Origin: Vicugna vicugna | Taxonomy: Eukaryota | Reading direction: 5' to 3' | Assembly (NCBI GenBank): GCA_013265495.1 | Contig: MU058009.1 | Coordinates: forward strand, 4,470,739-4,534,738 | Length of the DNA: 64,000 bases | Shown: piece after piece, positions 11,163 through 22,955 of the stretch | Layout of the letters: every line of letters begins with the position of its first letter | Position numbering within the stretch: the stretch's first letter is position 1 | Notes under the pieces: generated by a model | What the model saw: the letters and a program-made list of their open reading frames with translations, nothing else | What the model was told of the DNA's origin: nothing | The model's database searches: none | Translations under genes and position numbers: made by a program

Positions 11163-13852
11163 CCTTATGAACCAAACCCAGTTTTGTTCAGAATATCCAC
11201 ACACTCCACTGGAAATAGCGAGCAACCAGCTGTCCTGCAGCTGAGGAGGTCACGTCTCTGAACGGGGATTCCAGGGGAATTTGCGAGCAGCTCCCTGGGC
11301 ACGTGCCCTGCCTCTTGCCTTCATCTCCCCCCCTTTCCCTGCCTGCAACTTGGACACAGTGTTTGGAGAAGCAGCCTCTACACCCCGAGGGCAAAACCTA
11401 TGTGCTAAAGATGGATACCTCCCCCCCTTCTTGGTCAATAAAGATTCCACACTTGAGACTCAGTGCGAGGGCTGCCTCTTCCAGGGTGTCTTCCTGATAA
11501 AAACCCCCAGCAAACATATACATATATATATATATACACATGCCTTTATATTTTTCCTTCCCTCTTTCTGGCCTCTTTGCATTTGGTACACGAGTCTATT
11601 GCAACATATTTTTTTCAGTTTGCAATTCTATTTTCCTTTACTAGAATATAAGATCTTTGAAGGCAAAGCAGTATCTTATTTTTTTCTGCGTCCCCAGGGC
11701 CTCACACATAATAAAGTGTAAAGAGTTCCAGCTCCTGTCTATCTATCTAGCAGACAGTCGAGGGTTAACACACCCACTCCCGCCACCTGATCCATCCTTG
11801 TCGGGCTCATTGCGAAGGACAATGCTCTGTAATGAAGTCTTCTTGCATATCGTTGGTAATAAGCATCACAGAGGGAGAAAATGAGCATCTCTCTGTAATA
11901 TTTATATTTCCTAGCAGCAAAGACATTCTCTTCTGTAATTCTGCCTGTGAAAGCAGCAAGGAAGCCAAGAATACACCAGTTCTCCATGGCAACCGGGTCA
12001 CAGCAGCGCGCAGCCCGAGCCAGGCTGTCAGATAAACGGAGCAAGTGGAGGTGAGCTGGAGCAGCAGGACCCTCGCCTTGCGGCGGGGCTCGCCCCGAAC
12101 CACCTCTCCCCACGGGACCCGCAGCACACAGCGCGGGCGCTGCGGCAGCGGCACCGCCCCGCGCGTCCTCTCCCCACCACCAAGCGCTGCCTCAAGGGCT
12201 CAGCCTCAGCAAAGCAGCAGGCCTCGGTCCATCAACTGCCCCCACGCCCAGTTTTAAAAAAAATACCTCTTACATTCTGAACATAAAGAAGGAGATTTCA
12301 CCCCAAACCGCCAGGGAGCTCCTTTCGTGTACCCCTCGGCAAGCTAGAGTCCGCTCTCCCCCGGGCCTGGGGGGCAGACGGATTCAGCACCTGGTTAGAA
12401 GGAAAGCTGTTTAATCAGGACAACGAACGCCTCCCGTGCACGGCAGTCAGCTGCTCCACCAGGGGCGAGGGGCGCCAAGCCGCAGCGGACGAGGGAAGCC
12501 ATTCTCAGGTCCTCAGCCAATGCCAGGCGTTCGTGAGAATTCACACAGAGGGGGCCACCCCCGAAGGGCAGGAAAGCCTTGGGGCAGCTCTGGACACAGA
12601 GCCCGCCTCCTGAGAGCCCCTCCTGTAGGAGGGCCCCGCTCTGTGGGCCACTCGGCCTCACCGACCCGCACGGATGGCAGAGCTGACCCCGCTGGGGGCC
12701 CCCACCCACCCCCTTTCCTCCCTGTCCGTGCTGCTAAGGCGGACTTGACCGTGGACTCCGGTGTCCGCACAAAGCTACAGCAATGACAAGGAGATCGCAT
12801 TTTGAGAGGGACGCGGCGCCCAGGGGTGGACTAGGTGGGTCCCTGGTCTGGAACTACGTGGAGAGAGAGCTTTGCCAGGGCCCCGAAAAGCAGGAGTGAG
12901 GTGGGGCTTCACACCAGATCCCGAGTTTGGAGACGCCACCAACGCTCTCTGCAACCCAAGACCTCACACGTGAGTGTGGCGGGTTCGTCCCGGGCACGGG
13001 CAGCGGGAAGGACGGAGAGGGGGTGACCGCCGGCGAGGGGACTCGCGGGAGGGGCGGCCCACCTAGGCCTCCCGCCGGCGCACCAGTCACGGTCATACAA
13101 TCATGGTCACAGAGTCAGACGCGTTCCAGGTGCAAACAGACCGATGGGGTCAGGAAGCCCGCCTTCTGCCTGTGCAGCCTTGCTCCCCAGAGTGAATTCC
13201 TTGGCCCAGTTTTTATCGTGTTTATTATAATTTGCTGTGAGAAGGCACCAGAAGGCCTTCCAAAACATGGGGTCAAGGAGAGATCAAATTAAGAGGAAGT
13301 GGACCACTTCACGAAGGAGAGGAAAAACCCAGGGGGACAGAGGAAACATGAGGTCAGACACCAGCCAGATCCCCGCGTCCCCGTGGCCGGTCTCGGCAGC
13401 CCCAGCTGCGCCCGGAAGTGAAGACTTGTGCCCCTGCCCCCGCCTGCCCGGCCCCGCCCCGCCCCACCCGGCCCCTCCCTGTGCCCTCGCCTGCTGGGGC
13501 GGCTGCTCCTCCTGCCACGCGGCTGCTTCATTTCACAGCCCCGGCCCGCCCCGCCGGAGCTCTCACCCACTTCTGCCCACCTGCCCTGGGGCCCCTGCCC
13601 GAGTCACAGCCGAGCCCGCGGGGTAGGAACCCACGGCGGGTTCTGGAGGAGCCTGTGCGAAGGTGCAGAAGGTCCCCACCCTAAACCCCAGCCGGCGAGA
13701 CAAGTGTTTCTCCTACTGCATTTTAGTAAGTGGGTCACTGAGTTTACACAGTTTTACCTTGTTCCTTGGAGGGGTTTGAAATCGGTCTTATGCACGTGGC
13801 TCTGAAGAGCAAATCAGAGAAACTGACTAACTTCCTGAGATGCACTGAACCC

Positions 13853-14195
13853 TGTCACTGCGCACCCCCATTCTCATGTTGGAACCCTGACCCGGAAGCC
13901 CAGAAGTGAGCGGGTTTGGAGAGGGGACCCTTAACAAGGTGATACGTTAAAAGGAGGCCTCTGGGGGGGCCTAGTCCACGCCGAACGGGGCCCCTGAGAG
14001 GAGGCGGTTAAGACACACAGAGAGACACCAGGGGGAGAGACCAGGTGGAGACGCAGCAAGTTAGATGGCGAGAGACCTCGGAGGAACCCACCCTGCGCAC
14101 CCGACCTCGGACCGGAGCCTCCAGGCGGTGAGAAAGCCGACGTCAGCGGCTGGACCCCGCCTGGGGCGCGCGGTCCCAGCGGCCCGAGCGCCCCT
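13853..14195 (+). mobile_element. MaLR solo LTR (MLT1A/B-like) with strongly GC-shifted 3' part
   Basis: ctcatgttggaaccctgacc..tttggagaggggacccttaa..gttaaaaggaggcc..agcctccaggcggtgagaaa. Colinear with the LTR at 51866. Confidence 0.75.
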
Positions 14196-14819
14196 CCTGG
14201 CCCAGGAAGCCGCGCGTGGACGCTGAGCTCCCGGGAGGGCTCCACCGCACACAGGGCGCATGGCACCCGACAGGTGCAGGGCGGGGGGCAGGCCCGAGGA
14301 GAGCCCACCTGAGCGCGCGGCGCATACGGCGCCGGTCCTGCTTTCACTCTCAGCGGCCGAGGTAGGGGTGGCGTGCACAGGGACAAGAGGCGTGGCTGGT
14401 GGAGTCAGGCAATCACTGGCTTCAGGAGAGAGGAGTCTATCTTTCCCCCTTTTAATTGTGAACTTTCTTAGGATGCATAGCGTAATTAACTTGAAAAGTT
14501 TTGATTTACAAATGAGGACTCCCTGAGAACATTGCTAAAATGCAAATACTGTAGCAAGTGAAGTACACTTATGTCTGAGGTGACATAAAATGATTTGCTG
14601 ACTCGTTTGATGCCTTTTTAAATGCACGGAGGACTTCTAAGGTAAACACCCCCCCCATAATAATGGCAGATATTTAGAAGTTCAGCCAGCTGGAAACCCA
14701 GCAAGTGGGGAGAATGCTAACCGGCACGCTGGAACGCCGCCTGCACCAGAACGGAGGGCACGGCACACGCAGGGGCTCACGCGTGAGTGAGAACGCGGCC
14801 GGACTCACACAGCCCTGGG

Positions 14820-15030
14820 AGCAAACACACCTCCAAGCCTAAGCTCCGTGTTCCTCCGTAAGTTACGTGAGGTTCTACTTCTCAACTTCCCACCTGCGAA
14901 ATGGGTTACAAATACCCACTCTAGCAGTGAGGTGGGAAATGATTGCATGGAATGATACAAGTGAGGGTGCAGAGCACGGTCCGGCGCACTGTCAGAGCTC
15001 CGTGCGTGCGGACCACGGTGACGGCGGGGG
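14820..15030 (+). mobile_element. MIR SINE with GC-shifted tail
   Basis: ctcaacttcccacctgcgaaatggg..gaatgatacaagtgagggtgcagagcacggtccggcgcac. Confidence 0.7.
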
Positions 15031-15834
15031 CAGGAGGAGGCAGGGTGAAGAGATGGACAAGACGGGTCCATAAATTCTTCCTGGACACTTGCTCCCCAAA
15101 GAGCCACTCAGGTCAAGAATTCTGTTGGTCCAGGTTGAGAATTTAAGAGCAACGCTGAGGGAATTAAGATCTTTAAAAAAAAAAACCCAAATATAGAATT
15201 ACTCATCAATCGTAAACTGATAGTGGACGGCGTTGTGCTGACCCTTCTCTTCTCAGTTTAATGACTTGTTAATTCGTAACTGATGGCTGTTGTCCTTCTC
15301 ATCAAAGCGACCTGGGAGAGCCCAGGAAAGCCACTGTTTTGCCCTGTGTTTAGTCTTCAGTTTCTAAGGTTAATTGGCGTTGCTCGTAATGCCGAGCGGA
15401 TGCTTGAAGAGCCTGGCTGCGGCCGGCATCCACCAGGGAAGGAGCAAAATGCCATGCTGAGATGAAGAAAGCACAGTTGGGGCTAGACGTGTGAGTTACG
15501 TTAAGCGATGACCTTAATTAGGAAGCAGAGGGCTGCTCACCAGCGGAGCAGGTGTCCTACAGGTGCTGCTTCGCGAGGGGGGCGCGGGAGCACCTGCAAG
15601 CAGCACCCCTGGGACGGGCTCTGCCTGCGGCTCTCAGGAGGGGCGCCCGAGCAGGCCCAGCACGGAGCCCCTGGGGCGTGACCGCTTACCCCCGAAGACT
15701 AGCACGAACACTGTCCCTGGGACGGACACGCGGGCTGCTTGGCGCTTCCTGCGCTCCCCTGGGAGCTCAGCACTGGGACCTGCCGGCAGAGCGAACGGAG
15801 CCGCTCTGCCTGGAGAGGTGGTTCCAATTACTGT

Positions 15835-16430
15835 CTCCCTGTTTTCCTTGAGGTTTAATCTACATACAATCAAATGCACTGATCTTAAGCGTTGGGTTTG
15901 ATGAGTTCTGACAACTGTAAATACCGCTGTAACCACCGCTCCCATCGAGACACAGCGCACTTCCTTCACCCGGGCGCCTCCCTCGAGGCCCTCCCGGCCC
16001 GTTTCCTCTCCCCTTGCTGCCCGCACCCCTTAACTGGGGGCAACCGCTGACGTGGCCCCTCTCACTGTAAATTGGTTTTGACTGAGAACTGCAAATTAGT
16101 GGAACCAAACAATATGTAATCTGCCGTATTTCCCATCTCCCCTAGCCTAATTCTTTTCATGACGGACAACACTCTCCATTTATGGACTTTATCAATACAA
16201 TGTTCTCGTTTGAGACTCCTTGTGGGCATTTTCGCTCGCTTCCCTTGAATGGATACTCGGGAGGGACTTGCTCTGTCTTAGCGTTTAACCTCCTGGAAGG
16301 TGCCAGTTTCCCGAAGCGTCTGCCCCGTTTTACACCCCCGGCCTTGCCTCAGCGCAGGACGGCGCAGTTACTCCACACCCGCACAACGCGCCGTATTGTC
16401 TTCGCATTTTAGCCACTGCAGGGAGTGTCA
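15835..16430 (-). mobile_element. Ancient L1 3' end (L1MB/L1ME-like)
   Basis: ttgaggtttaatctacatacaatcaaatgcactgatcttaag..tttgatgagttctgacaactgt..tgtaaccacc. Confidence 0.75.
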
Positions 16431-18289
16431 TGGGTTCCAGTCATCTTAATGCTCACGCGGGCGTGGGCCTCAGATCTTCATCCTGCAGAGGAAGGCACCG
16501 CCCTCCCGTATGGCACCGTCGCCGGGGGGCCCAGAGCTGTCGGGATTCCGGGGGTTCAGGGAAGGGCTCTGGGACCAACAGCTGATCTACAGTCGTTCCT
16601 CCACAACAACAAGAGTGTGGCTCCAAGGTTTTGGTGACTTGAGCGGCTAGCAAAGCAGCCCGATAAGTACAATTATTTCATTGCTAAAAAAATCACTCCG
16701 AATTTTAGAACAGATTTCAAAAACTGCGTTTGCTTAGTCTCTTAGAGAATGAGTCCATGCCCACATAAGCCTGGAAGGGGCTACGTGTTGCTTCCCTGCC
16801 TTGGAGCTTACAAGGCGCATTAGCGCACTCACGTGTCGGTGAAACCCGTCAGCAGTGAGCGTGTTTCCTTCTCTTCACACCACTGTCTTCCAGCTTTGTC
16901 CGGGCGTCCTTTTTTAAATATCATCTATCAGTGCCCTTCCCACAAAACATATTTTGGGAAATGTGAGTGTGAAACATTGACGGCGAGCTCGAGGTCAGAT
17001 TTCCTGACTTCAGTCAGTTTTACAAAGTCAACCAACGGGAGCTCGTGAAACAGATCCGTCTTAAAGAGATCAAAATCTGGGCGCCAACTTGTTTGTTTTT
17101 GTCTTATTTACACAAGCCCATGGGACAGAGGCCAAGTCTGATTCCCACTGCGCACGACTGGTACTTGGTAAACATTAATTATTAGCAGGAGTTGAATAAA
17201 TGATAATGGTGCTAATGATCATGATGATGCTGTGTTTTCAACTTTGCCACAAACCAAAACATCTGAGGGAAATCTTGAGACGGCCTGTAGAACCCAAACA
17301 CAGCTGGGCTCTCTTGTCTGCAGTGGGGATGCTTCACCATGAAGCAGAAACAGTTGTACAGGGAGAAGGAAGCAGGTTTTCTCGGGTCGCAGAGAGCCCA
17401 TCACGCTCCTGGGGACAAACCCCACCGCGGGGCCCTTCTCAGCTCCAGGGCGTGTTCCCTCCTTGACCCTCAGGCCCGGTCTCCCACCATGGGGTCCCAC
17501 CAGGCCCGGGGGCGTCGTCTGCCGCAGTTTCCAGCAAACCACAGCGGACCTCCTTTCGTTCATTCACCCTTTTCTCCAGAACCGACTGTTGATCAGGCCC
17601 CAGACTGCAAGCTGTGATGAAGGAGGGGGCGCCCGTCTCCACCGCATCGCCCTCTGCTCACGTCACCCCACCACGGACCCGTTCCTTTCCTCTTGGCTTG
17701 TGCACGCTCTCCTCTGCCCTCAGTGCCCAGTGTTGGGTTTATTTCTTCCAGGGAACAGTCCCTGATCATACGAGCTCACCAGATAGAGACACAGAAATGC
17801 TCCTGAGTTGGGAGAGAGCTCAGCCATCTCCCAGTTCAGGTCCTGTGAGGGCACTCAGTTTCAGAGCCACCAAGGGGTGGGCCAGGGCACGTCACCACGA
17901 GCGGCTGTGATGTGATTCCTCACTTAACAGGCGAGGGCCTGCGTGGCTGTTTCTAACACGCCTTTAGTTTAGCTCCCCATGCAGACTGCTTGCACGCTTT
18001 GAGCACGGCTCTCCACGTAGATTTTTTATTTCGCTCTGCTGTCCCCTCAGTGCTTCCGGGATAGAACTGAAGCCTCCGGCCTCCTGTGCGGAAGTCCCAC
18101 AGGCGGGCTCAGCCCTGTGTCTCCAGCCTCACCTCCTGCCGCCCCAGCCCCCCAGACCTTCCCTGCCACGCTCCTCTGCCCACACTTCTCCCCCCGCCGG
18201 GAGAGCCCAGGGCCGCTTCACTCGGAAGTCGTCCATCCTTCCTGAGGGTCTTGCTAACACACGACACCGTGTGCAAAACATTCTCTGAC

Positions 18290-19375
18290 GCCTGCCCGCC
18301 TTCCAGGCAGATGACCCAGGACTAGTCACCAGCGTGCTTCTGCGCACGCGCCTGCTGGGGTTTCTCCTGCCGGACTGCGCCCTTGTGCCACGTCCACGGG
18401 CACCTGGAGAGTCAGTTCTGTGTCCTCTCACACCGTTTGTCCTTAAAAGGACGTGGTTTCCACATGCTGGGGAGAAGCCCCTCTCGGCTTTCCCTGTGCC
18501 TCACGGGGGCTCTTCACCTTCCGCTGCTGGATGACCCTGTCGTCCTGGCTCAGGCGCTGACGTCGGGCTCAGGGCTCAGCCCTCCCCTCTAAGCCCCCTC
18601 CGGGGGTTGTGTGCCAGGTGCGTGGCTTTGACACGCTTTATACTCAAACGACTTCCATCTCGAGTCTTCAGCCCAGACCTTCCCTCTGAAACGCAGACTT
18701 ACAAACTCTACCAGTGTCTTCAGGCATTTTATGTTTGTCCTGTATGAACCAAGATCTTACTTTTTGTCCCACAAACCACCTTTCTCGCATTTTCCTTTGT
18801 TTCAGTGAAAGTCACCATCGTTCACCGGGTACGTCAAGTCAAATCTCTGACCCCTCTGTGACGCCGCTCTCTCTGTCACACCCCCGTCCGCCCACGTCCT
18901 GTCTGGTCTGAAGGCCCAGCCTCGGTCGGGGCGTCCACGCCTCCCACGGGGCCCCAGCCCCACCTCCCCCAGCGACACGGCGCCCCCGTCGGCTTTGGTT
19001 CCATCTGTCCAGCACGGAGGCTCTGGGACGGAGTCTTTTGAAGTGTAAGTCAGATTCGGTCCTTCTCCTGCTCAGAATCCACCGACAGTGTCACAGCTCA
19101 CTTAGAACACAGTCCAAACCCCTTAAGGGCACGGAGCCCCACGAGGTCTCTTTCCTCGGGGTTGTCCGCAGACCTCCAGCCCATCGCTGCTCAGACCTGC
19201 ACGTCCTTCCCTCGTGGACCAGACCCCACCCGGCGCGCCGCCCGGCTCACCAGCTCTCTGAGGAACCGCCCCCTCGGAGGGGCATCCTCTGACCACGGTA
19301 TCTGAACTGAGATCCCAGCTCCCTCTTCTCTTACAGCGTCGATCACTGCTTGAAACTATATTATATATTGAACTT
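18290..19375 (+). mobile_element. L2 LINE fragment
   Basis: cttcagcccagaccttccctctgaaacgcagact..gaagtgtaagtcagattcggtccttctcctgctcagaatcc..cacttagaacacagtccaaacccctt. Confidence 0.75.
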
Positions 19376-20310
19376 GTTCATTCATTCATTCATCCATTTA
19401 TTCAGGAAATATGTGTTGTGCCCCTACTTTCAGCGAAGCCCTGCTCTAGGGGCCACACTGACCATCACAGTACAACGCTCTGCTCACAGGACCTCACGAT
19501 CGTAACTGAGCCAGCAAGTAAATACGGAATGTGCGGGGCTGCAGGTGCTGGAGGGGAGGTGATGTGGGGCAAAGGAGACATGGGGTGTGGGCCTCAGGGC
19601 TTGCTTAGGTGTCCAGGGACGAGCAGGGACGAGCAGGTGAGGGGACACTGGAGCAGAGACGGCGAAGGAAGTGAGAGAGTGAGGCAGGTACACGGCCAGG
19701 GAGGGGAGGTAACATCAGAGGAGGCGGCAGCTCCCGGTGCATCCAGGACCCTCAAGGTCTCCTGTGTCTAGAGGAGGAGCAAGGGGACAGGGCAGGAGGT
19801 GAGGTCGGAGAGGCAGCAGGACCTGGGCCGCATGGGACCCAGTGTCCCCTGTGAGGTCCCGGCCTTCCTCTGGTGAGAGGGGGTCCCTGAGGCCCTGCAC
19901 AGAGGGCGGCATGGCCACACCCCTACTGGACCAGGTTTGTTTTGCCGCGGAGGACCCGGAGTCATGAGGACCCGGAGGATGACAGACGCTTGCACTGAAG
20001 ACGTTGGCATAAATAGAATGATTTTCAAATTCAAGTTATGTTTTGAAGGTAGACGCAGCAGGAATGTGGATGCCCTGGGTGTTGGGTGTGAGGGGAAGAG
20101 GGGTCCAGGATCACTCCTTCTGTTTATTTTGGGCTGGAAGCTTGGAAGATGGAGTTGCCTTTTTCTAAGAGGGAGAAGAACTGAGGAGGAACGAGTGGAG
20201 GAGGAGCCAGGAAATCAAGTTTCATCTGGAACGTGTCCAGCTCGAGATGCCCAATTCGAGGTCCCAGTGGGCGCACCAAGGAAGCACTGAATATAGGGTT
20301 CCAGACTCAG
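19376..20310 (-). mobile_element. L2 LINE 3' fragment
   Basis: Begins with a (ttca)n tail (gttcattcattcattcatccattt) and continues with antisense L2 text (gaagatggagttgcc, aaatcaagtttcatctggaacgtgt). Confidence 0.7.
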
Positions 20311-22564
20311 GGTTCGGGGAGGAGGTCGGCCCGTGACCCTGCACTTATGCATTGTCTTTTGGCTCCACCATGAGGGCGGGGGCTTTGTGCTGACCCGCGT
20401 CCAGTTCCCAGAGCAGTGCCTGCACTCAGCTGTTGATCAACAACCCCACTGAATGAATGGATGAAGGATGCTCCCCGGAGGGGCGGCGCGCTGCCTGGCC
20501 TACAGCAGCAGGCACTCGGTGAGAGCACCAGCTGCTCGGTAAACATGAGCTGGACGGCCGGCAGGTTAGAGGCGGTCTGGAAAGAACTGGATGTCCCATT
20601 CTTGGGACCATACTGGAGAACAAATGCCACAAAATGTCACCTTTTCAGCTCTGTCTTTCTCTCTGAGGCCATTGTGAGTCTGTCGTGGTGCCTCTGCATG
20701 AAACTGGGCAGATGAGCAGTTGGACCATGCTGCGAATGACAATTTCTGCAGACCCCTGGGGGTGATGACAAATGCCGCTCTGTGGGACAGCCCTCTGGTG
20801 GGATGGGAACAAAGAGCTGGGACAAGGGAGGCTCTGAAAAGAAGCAAGTCCCTCCTTCCAATCAACCACAGAGATGCTCTTCCCTGAGTGCTGGTGCAGG
20901 CAGGCGCCTAGGTGTGAGCCGAGAGAGGGGGGCGCAGGCCACACAGCAGGAACGGGGCAGGAAGGAGGGGCCCCGGCCACATGCAGGAAACCCTGCATCA
21001 TGTGAGCGCCAGGGGTCCCCGGGCAGAGAAAGAAAAGCCAGAACCTCTGGGCTGATAGGAAATCACACAGTTTGGGGTGACAAGTGCCCTGGAGGCCGAC
21101 AAAGAAAGGTGGGAAAAGGCAGGAATCTCCAGTGTCTGACTGTAACCTCGTGCTCATTCTGCCCTCATTTCAATAAAATCAGCCTCGCAGAGTAGAAGTA
21201 CCCATGATGCTCCGACACTGTGACACTTCCGATCCAGACTAAATAAGGACAAAAATCCCTCCTCCCCTTGGGAAGGGGGAGCTGGGAGGAAAATCAGGGG
21301 ATGCGACCCCAGGCCCTTCCCTCCCCAGTGACTGCTCCGCCCACTCATTTCTACACCCTGTGTAACCACCGTGCCAGAGAGACTCAGGGCAGCCGCTCAC
21401 CTGAGCCTGCCCGCCCTCCCCTTGAGAGTGTGCCGTCCAGCCCTTAACAAATCCCCACTTCACTTTCCTAACCCCTGCGTCCCGTCTCTGAAGTCTTTCT
21501 GCGACGGGACAAGAACCTGGACACCGGCCACGTCTACTGGCAACACAGGTCGGACCTGGGAAATGCACGTTGCCCCACGGGCGGCGCGGGCTCTGCGCTG
21601 CCGCAGGCCGCGAGGCCAGCCTTCTAGAAGCACAGCGGTGCCTCGCGCTGCTCCTCTTCCCTCCTCTGTAGTTTTTCTCAAGCTGCTTTCGCCTTCTGCT
21701 TCCCCGTCCACATCGCTTTGCGGTTTTTAGGTCGTCCTTTCCCTTTCCCCGTCTGCCTCCCCGATTCCTTTCTCCTCTCCTTCCTGGATCTCCATTTCTT
21801 TGTTCAAAAAACTCCCTGAAAAAGGAAAAGGGGAGGAAAGGGGCAGACAGCATCCAACTGGGAGAGCACTGAAGAAGAACGGCCAATTTCGAAGAGCCTT
21901 TTCCTCTCTACCGCAACGTTTGGTGCCTGCTCGTCTCAAATCTTTAAAAGAAGCACTGGCATTAATAATACATCGTTGCTTTGTTGGAATCAATTCTCCC
22001 CGGATCCAGAGGGCTTGGGACGCGAGGCACAGGCACTTGTTTATCTCGTGCTTCACAAATCGCGGGACGGTTGCTCCCCCTCTGCTCCTGGGTGCCTCCT
22101 TTCTCATCTGTTTTGTTTTCCGGGTGCAAAACAGTGTCAGCTGGTTGTGGCGGCGCTGGCAGCCTCAGCTTCCTGGGAGCAGGGTCCCGGCTGCCGCCAG
22201 CTGTGCTCCCGCAGGGGCCGCCCCGCGCCCCAGCCCCCTGCCTCGCCGCCTGCTTTACGTCCCTCACTCGCTGGGGCCACCTTGGCCCCTGGAAGTCGCA
22301 GCGCCTGTTGCCAGCTTTCTTTCAAACCCCAGAAGTTGCTGTCAACCCCAGCTCTGCAGAGGCAAGAGGGAAAATGGGGGCTGATGTGTGCTGGGTTTGT
22401 CTTTCCATCCGGCCTTGAACCCTGCACCCACCCCCACGAGCTGTTCCCTATTTTCAAGCTGCAACCATTATGTCTTCAAAATAGGTATTTTTCTCCTGTT
22501 TTCCGTAGTGTTCTCAGTGTTGGGGATTTTGCAAAAGTACAAAATCAACTTTGTTTCTTTCTAC

Positions 22565-22955
22565 AGAGTGAGTTCAAGTAGAAACTGATTTTAGTGTATT
22601 TCTTTTTCTTCTCTTTTTTTGACAGCATAAGAGAAACAGGGATTTTTTTCCCCCTCACTTCCCATGCTCTTTCCCTTCCTGTCTCCTTCCGGATCGATGT
22701 CAGCGAAACCCTAATAATTCTCGAAGAAGCCGGTTCCGCATGAGGAAGAGAGACAAAAATAGAGTGAGTTCAAGTAAAAACTGATTTTAGTGTATTTCTT
22801 TTTCTACTCTTTTTTTGACAGCATAAGAGAAACAGGGATTTTTTCCCCCTCACTTCCCATGCTCTTTCCCTTCCTGTCTCCTTCCGGATCGATGTCAGTG
22901 AAACCCTAATAATTCCCGAAGAAGCCGGTTCCGCATGAGGAAGAGAGACAAAAAT
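22565..22955. repeat. Head-to-tail tandem duplication (196 bp + 195 bp)
   Basis: Copy 1 is 22565-22760 and copy 2 is 22761-22955, both agagtgagttcaagta...gagagacaaaaat. They differ by 4 substitutions and 1 T-run indel by eye. Confidence 0.97.

Noticed and set aside
12718..12738. Second RE1-like site (minus strand cttagcagcacggacagggag)
   Set aside because: It has mismatches in the conserved left half-site and the 3' end, so it is too weak to report.
22565..22955. CRISPR-like or satellite array
   Set aside because: There are only two contiguous copies with no spacers, in a eukaryotic intron.
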